This document shows positions 56,940-64,000 of a stretch of 64,000 nt of DNA, piece after piece. This DNA comes from Callorhinchus milii. Its lineage: Eukaryota. The translations under genes were made by a program, and so were the position numbers. The number at the start of each line of letters is the position of its first letter. Positions within the stretch are counted from its first letter, which is position 1. The stretch covers positions 186,001 to 250,000 of the forward strand of contig NW_024704759.1 of NCBI RefSeq assembly GCF_018977255.1, in the 5' to 3' direction. The notes under the pieces are model-generated. The model worked only from the letters and a program-made list of their open reading frames with translations, made no database searches and had not been told where the DNA came from.

Positions 56940-59303
56940 TTATAATTTATCTTCCTGCAGGTCAGGAGAGAGGCTGAGAGGAGGTGCCAGAGTTTCCCTC
57001 ACTTCTTGGTTGCTCATTGTCCGCAGGGAGCCTAATGCCACTAGACAGCAGGTGCGGAGAAAGCAGCTAATGTTATAGAGAGGCTGGGTGCCACCACGTT
57101 GGGTGCAGAAAATCCACATCAGAGTTGGCAGCACTGGGACTGTCACCGCCAGCAGGTCCAGCAGGTAGTGGCGGCTCCAGTGACATGGGACGCCCGGCAC
57201 AGCTGGTGCCAGCAATTCTCCATCACTCAGCACCAACAACACATCTGAGCCAGTGGTGACCAGTGAGTCCTCAGCTGACAGAGTATGTCTGCTCTGGGGC
57301 CTGGCCTCTCCTTCATTCAGCTCGGTGAACATGTTACTGCGAAGCAGGGACCTGGCTGGAGAGCCACTGGTAGACTTGCATTGCTCCCCTTCTAGCTCCC
57401 CCTCCTGGGCCCCCTCCCCCTCCTGGGCCCCCTCCCCCTCCTGGCCCCCCTCCCCCTCCTGGGCCCCCTCCCCCTCCTGGGCCTCCTCCCCCTCCTGCGC
57501 CCGCTCAATGCTGTGTAGCAGCGACTCCAGTTTACGGTTCTGGATGTTGATGTCTACAAAATACTGCTGGATGCCACGGTCCTTCTCCACCAGGTTTTCT
57601 TTCACCGTCTCAATCACCTGCTTCAGTTGCTGGATTTCTTTCCGAGCTTCCTTCAGCGACAACTGCGCCTCCACCCGGTGACACTCCTCCTCAATCCAGT
57701 CCTCCTGCATCCGGCCCAGCTGTAGCTTTAGATCCTCCACCTCAGCCTCCCTGCAGGAAAGACAGTGTCAGGTGCCTGGCTCTGCTGCCCACATTCACAT
57801 CTCTGAATCAGAAGGTTGTAGGTTTAAACACCATGGTCTGGGCTGACCGTGCAGTGCTACAGGGACTGCATTGTATATGGGGAGGGAGAGAGCAGGGTCT
57901 AACAAATTGGGCATCTTTATAATTAGTATAAATAAAAATGACGAGTGCTGGATTACTTAACAACTGCATCAGCTTTTAAAAAAAGAAAGTAGGTTCATGA
58001 TGAAAGATTACACACACAACAATGACCCATATTCTCCGGCAAATGCTAATTGACATCTGCTCTGACTCAGATGCAATTAAAGATCTTAATAAAAAATGGT
58101 GAAAGGCTCAAAGGGGCGAATGACCCTATTGTGCCCCTGTTAATCCAAGTTTCTATGTTGCCGCCCAGTGGTGGAGAGGAACACAGAGAAGAGACTCGGC
58201 CTCCTCGGTGTCGACAAATACCTCTCCTTCAGCTTCTCTTGTGTCTCTTTCAACTTGGCTTTCAGGTGACGAATGCAGACCTCCTTCTGCTGCAATGGGG
58301 TCAGGTACTGTTCAGGAGTGGGGGGTTTGATACCATGGTTTTCACTGCAGGAGGTGTACTTGTTGGAACGCCTATGGGTGATTTGAGAATATAAGTAATG
58401 CAGAGCCAACAACAACATTTGTATAGCGCCTTTCACATCGCGAGGACGTCCCACAGCTGGACAATAAGTGTTTCGGACTGAGTGAGGCTTAACCTTCGCT
58501 CTTGCAGGAGTGCCTTAACCTGACTCATCCTAGCTCAGTCAGTCCTCACATGATACTCACGTGAAATTTTCCAGGAGCGGTTGCTGGAAATAATGAGGGG
58601 GAACTGATACCCCACAAACCCAATTGTGCTGGGACTAATGGTCTCAAATTGCCGCCAAGATGAGATTGAAACTCAGCAGAGACAGGGAGTCTAGTGTCTT
58701 CACCAAATGGGACTTTTGTTAATTTGGGGGTGTAATTTGTCAAGTTGGGGTTAGAGGCAGGAGTCTCTGCCACTCACCGGGGGGTTGGGCTGCTGTCGCT
58801 CCCTTTATAGGAGCCTGAGTTACTGCTGCTGCTCAGGGAGGAGGTGGGGTGGCTGTCACGGAGCCTGACTGGAGGCGAGGTGTGTCTGGGTGGCTGCAGG
58901 AGAGGCTGTGCCTCACGCTGGCTCCCTGTCCCGGTCAATGTGGATTTAAACAGTGAAGAAAAGCCACTTCTTCCATGGAGACAACGGCTGGAGAAGAAAG
59001 AGTCTAGAATTAATTCAGGGAATTGCTCAGGGCACCATTGACACATGGATAAGTTTTAGTAATTATTAAGTGTAAACAAGCTCATCTCCCTGAGTGAGAG
59101 AACCTTGCTTCATTCACCCGAATCCAAATGCAAACCATTCCTATACTTCCTGAGTATATGAGGAGTTAAATATGAATAGAAAATGTCAAACATGGTTTGT
59201 GTTATGGTTTGGAATACGTTATGAGCCAATATATGTTGGCTGCTCAGTACAGCTGTAGGTACCTGCGAGGGACAGAGGAACGTCTGCTTCCTGATCCTGA
59301 CAT
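56940..59303 (-). CDS. SNPH: Syntaphilin, 403 aa from MSGSGSRR. Exons: 59303-59263, 58987-58778, 58371-58222, 57750-56940; possible upstream coding exon 61034-61019
   Basis: SSLSSSSNSGSYKGSDSSPTPR, NHGIKPPTPEQYLTPLQQKEVCIRHLK, MQEDWIEEECHRVEAQL, YFVDINIQN and the C-terminal anchor HYLLDLLAV...PLYNI. Phases are consistent; synteny supports SNPH over SYBU. Confidence 0.92.
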
Positions 59304-62238
59304 GGAGGCCGCTGCAGGAACTTATCCCAACTCCTAAACACAAAACAAACATAAGGATTGGTCCCAGCTGCTTCATGCCACCTCTGGAGATGAGCGACTG
59401 ATGGAGTAAGTGTTCATTTCAAACAAAACTGGATAAGGTTTACAGCAGCTGCACGATTGGTGCTGATACTTTAGACCAGGCTGAAAGCCCCAAAGGCAGA
59501 AGCAGTGCCATCACATGCCAAACACGGAAAAGCCTTGGTGTGACCAGTTGTCACTTCAGGGATCCCTTCCCCAGAGGTTACCTCCCTCCCCCAACCAAAC
59601 CCACAATAACTCCTACAGGGCTCTTCTCCAGTCCACACCAACAAAATTACATTTGTATAGCGCTTTTCACCTTGTGACAACATCCCAAATAGGCATTCAC
59701 ACAAGGTGCTGGCTAGGAGTTACTGAATTCAGACAATACATGGAACTTGAGTAACATCAAAGCAGTGACCAGCCACTTTGGTACTCAGTCCAGGCATCAT
59801 GTCATCTAAGAGTGCTCTTTGGGAATCTGAGCTACAGCATCAGTGGACAATATTTGTTTGGGTCAAATTGGATATAATTAGATTTTACTGCAATCCCAGA
59901 GGCTGACAAGAGCAAGGTTTAGGGATCCCAGAGTGTGAGTTGGAGTAACTGCTGGAGTTTAACTAGCTGAAACTGCAAAATTTGCCATTGTGGGCATTCT
60001 CTGGCAAACTTCCTGCTGCTTGTCCATCCTACTGGTAGGGTTTGGTCTTCAGGGTTTACAAAAATCCGGTGGGAAGAATCTCTTTCCCTGTTGTTAGGAT
60101 TAAGGTGAGGGATTCTCTGCATCCATGACTGTTATATTATTCATTACTTTCTTTTATTGAACTCCAACTAATTGAGCAAACTTACATATAAAAGTAAACC
60201 TTGAGTTTTTTTCGATTGATGTAAAGTGGCGTTAACCAAGTTATTCTTGTATTACCTGCGTGAAGGCAGTCATGTAGAAGTGCTTTCTCAATTTAGAAAC
60301 ACTCTGCCGTGTGAGTGAGGCAGATGTGTGAATCGATAGCCAATAGCAGCATCTTCCCAGCCTGTGCCAAATGGAAATAATGAAATTTTTCACTTCAAAT
60401 TAGCCAAGAAAATAATTGAAACTATTTACAACCCTCCCTCCCCCCACCCACTGCACGGCCTATGAGCTGGATTTCGATCAATTGGCTACCCCATTTTGCC
60501 CACAAAATATATAGTCCATTCACTTTACAGTGAGGCGCTTTGAGACGTCTCAACGATATGGTAAGGTCAACAACGTGAATTTATATAGCACCCTTCATGC
60601 GGGGTAGGGTCCCGGAGTGCTTCACGGTGGCAGAGTCTAACAATGAGCCAAGGGGTGACCCTCGTCCACAGCTTTGTCACTTCCCAGCTGGACTATTCCA
60701 ATGCCCTCCTCGCTGGTCTCCGCAGCTCTACCACACACAAAATTCAATTAATTCAGAATTCCGTGGCTGTGCTTATGGTCACCTCCCTCTACCGCTGACT
60801 CGGGGTCAGACTCCACCACTGCCAAGCGCTCCGGGACGCTATCCTGCATGAAGGGTGCAAGTTGTTTTTGTTGAGCGGGAGGTGGAGCTGGGGAGACCCA
60901 ACCACAGGAAAATACACATCAACCAGGTGTCTCTCTCTGTGATCAACGTCTGGAAGGTGTGCTGTGTGAAAGTCAGGTAACTTTTGAGGGTTTGGGCCCA
61001 ATGTATGTGGACACTCACTGTCTGGAGCTCCCATTTGGGAAGATACTGGAGGTTGCGAAACAACACTTCACTGTCTTCAGTCCAACAAAACTTTATTATT
61101 TTACAAAAATCAAAGCTCATCATCACAGGGCGGATTGAGGCTGATCTTCAGTTTATGTGAATAAACAGTCCCCGGATTTACAAAGCCGTCGGCAAACGGC
61201 AGAGAGGCCCTGAGCCGAGAACCCTCAGCACTGAGGGGGGAGTGATGCTGCAGAGGAGGCACCTGAGGCTGTGCTGCTGCAGCGACACTGCGGAACGCGT
61301 TTCACACTCAAATTGACGCGAAACCCGACATTCAGCACCGACTGCGCGGTCCTAATTCGCATTTCAGTCAATTACATATTTACAGGAGAGGAGACGCCAA
61401 ATAAATAACAAATAACCCTCTACAACTGCAGCTCATCTCTGCCAAATGCTCTCAGTAAAGCCACCGCATCCCCCGCCCCCCAAAACATGGCAATGCGAGT
61501 GCATTTACCCGCTTGTGGCCCCTCTGTGCTGCGGGCCGGTCCGGGCCGCTCCGGGTGACGGTATTCCAGAGGATGGGATGGGATGGGAAGCGCTGCTCGG
61601 GAGGATCTGGGCGGAGCGCTCCGGTGGTACAGGCAGTTGCGCGATGACTTGTCAGATGGTCCTCTGAGCACTTAAACAATGGCGCTTCGGGACATGAAAG
61701 TGGAGAAAACAGCGGCGAAAACCCACCGCCGCCCTTTTCAACGGGTTTTCCCAACTGGGGGGCGAGTTGTCGTGTAGTCGCTTATTATTCTGACACAATC
61801 ACAGGTAGTAATAATAATAATCATTTAATACAGCGCCTTGTCACGTTTTGTAGACATCTCAAAGCGCTTCACAATATAGTATAAAGACAGGATATTTTTT
61901 GGGCAAAAGAGTCTACTCACTACAGCGTCCCACAAAGTCTGGATTGAGTGACCAACTTATTTTTTTACCTGGAAAAGCGATCCCCCAATTGACTAACAAC
62001 CAGGTTCCTGTTCAAAAATAGGGCAACCAATGTGGGCACAACATCCCATAATGGATTTTGTGTCGGATTGTTCACCAGAAGAAATTCCTTTTTGGTTTTG
62101 AAGTGCTGTGAAATTTTCCACCTGTGTGGGCAGACAGGACCTGGCTTTAGTCTCAGCCAAAGACCAGATGGCACAAGGGTGGAGGTTAGTGAGCACCGCA
62201 AACATTTCCGTTCTCGAGATGCCTCCAGAACTGTTCAG

Positions 62239-62921
62239 CAATTTTGTGTCAGGTAGAGGGGGATGATTTAATTATTTACAAAGCTAGGAGTGTGGAATCT
62301 CCTTATACTTACCTATCTGTCCTCTGGAGGGTGCAGGGAAAGTGCAGTTTCTTTCAAGCTGAGCTGTTCCAAGGTGACACAGTACACAACGAAATGTCAG
62401 AACCGAGGCAACCATCTGTGGTGGTCTCTAGTTCAGTTCCTGAGGTAGACAGGTTTGCTGTACTCTAAGGCACTGCTGATGATAGATGACACAACCAAGC
62501 TCATCAGGAGGACTTGGAGAGGTAGACTGGGAGCAGGGATTCTTCCCATTTGGTTAACTCGACAGTTTCCCCAATACACACTCTGGGTCTCCCAGCCTTT
62601 CCTGTCAGCAATCTGTGCCTAATCGCCTCAGAAATGAGTTAAGCAGGATCCTTCTCTCATGAGAATGCACATTCCATTCCAGACACAGGGAAATTTCCAT
62701 GTGTAACTAGTATTCAAATGTAGATCTCTGTCTGGTTTCCATTCTCTTAAGCATGGTGATGGGTTTCTGCATGTACGAAACACTCACATGATCAAAATAA
62801 ATACCAGGCATCTAATACATGGCAGGTCATAGTAAAAATTCTGAGGTTTTATTGATTATTGATTGCTTATTGATTGCATCCTGTTTATTATTGTACTTGG
62901 AAAAAGTAGCAACAACAAATT
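62239..62921 (-). repeat. 683-bp segment, copy 2 (inverted) of 31664-32346
   Basis: The identical peptide appears in ORF 62244-62468 and at the end of ORF 32117-33976; end coordinates are colinear. Confidence 0.93.
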
Positions 62922-64000
62922 TCGCCGCTGTTTTCTCCACATTTCCAATCCATTATCGCAATATGAAATGGAACATTTCTTAACTAAGAAACTACGTTTT
63001 GAAAGCAAACAGAAACTAATGACAGCTTAGTGTTGTTTTATTTCAGACAGAGCTATAATAACATAAAACATTTTTTAAACAGTATAGAAAAACATTCCAG
63101 TGAAAAACACCCAAAGATTTGGTCAATATTAATACCCAGCCTATTGCATCAGCTCTGAGCATCAACTATAAACACTTGGCAGCAAAACAAAATGGTCTGT
63201 TTACAGAAATATAATTATTTAAATACAAAACACAGGAAAAAGTATAAACTTTTATAATAAAATGCTTTGGTTGAAGTTATTTTAGTAAAAAGATATATAA
63301 TTTTTCTGAACATTTGCTACTAACAGAATGGAACACATATTTCAGCAAAGTCAATAAATGACCAACAATCGCTAATGGTTTGATGTCAAACTGGTCCCTA
63401 GTGACCTCTGGGTGCTGGGAACCCAACATCCATTGTGACTAGTCGCCAACACCATCATCAATAACCAGTATTATATTACTGCTGGTGACAAGCAGGTGCT
63501 ATACTTTAGGCTTGCCAATCATTCAATAAACTTTTAACTTGTCTCCCCTTTATGTTACAGACCTTCAGCGCCAAGCTCTATGAAGCACCATCTTGACTTG
63601 AAGCTTTTGTTTGTATTAATTCTAACACTTGCTAAATGGGTATAAATTTACTCAGAATTGAACTCAGACTTTAATTAAACTAAACTGGAAGGGATTGCAG
63701 TAGAAATCATGTCCAAGGAGAAATGTTCTATGGTTCTGTGCATTGTTTGAATCATGAACTATTATTCAACATCAGAAAGCTTAAAAAATAATTGAGTATT
63801 CTGAGAATTGAACAAAGTGTTCAAAGGTGAAACCTTGGTCCTGGGATGGCAATGATGTCGGCATAGGGTTTTATTTGGGAAAATATAAGTACTGATTGTT
63901 TCTTAAGCATCAGAAAACTGTAAAATTTGACTGCTGCCTGCTTACGGTTATTGTTTCTGCACAACTCCAGCAAGCTGAAACACTTGGCACTTGTGCTTTG

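Noticed and set aside
32346-62239. Completed inversion between the inverted duplicates
   Set aside because: NSFL1C, FKBP1A and SNPH keep the same relative orientation as in human.
62950-64000. 3' UTR of a further minus-strand gene (RAD21L1 expected from human synteny)
   Set aside because: Only AT-rich sequence and reverse AATAAA motifs; no coding exon recognised in the window.

Overview
Vertebrate genomic DNA, probably a cartilaginous fish. The tRNA-Ala SINE with an L2-like tail and the CR1/L2 content suggest a holocephalan; this is inference only. Five intact protein-coding genes were reconstructed by hand from splice sites and reading phase: FAM110A (-, one coding exon), NSFL1C/p47 (+, 9 exons), an MFSD2-family transporter that matches neither MFSD2A nor MFSD2B well (+, 14 exons), FKBP1A (+, 4 coding exons) and SNPH/syntaphilin (-). 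Introns and intergenic space hold L2 and CR1 LINE relics, tRNA-derived SINEs and a full-length decayed hAT transposon with TIRs and TSD. Most notable: (1) a candidate third MFSD2 ohnolog in an NSFL1C-MFSD2-FKBP1A block mirroring human UBXN2A-MFSD2B-FKBP1B, with changes at substrate/cation-site positions; (2) a recurring 5'-end layout of C-rich array, first exon, G-rich array; (3) several locally templated insertions and a 683-bp near-perfect inverted duplication 30 kb apart. Repeat boundaries are approximate and no database searches were run.
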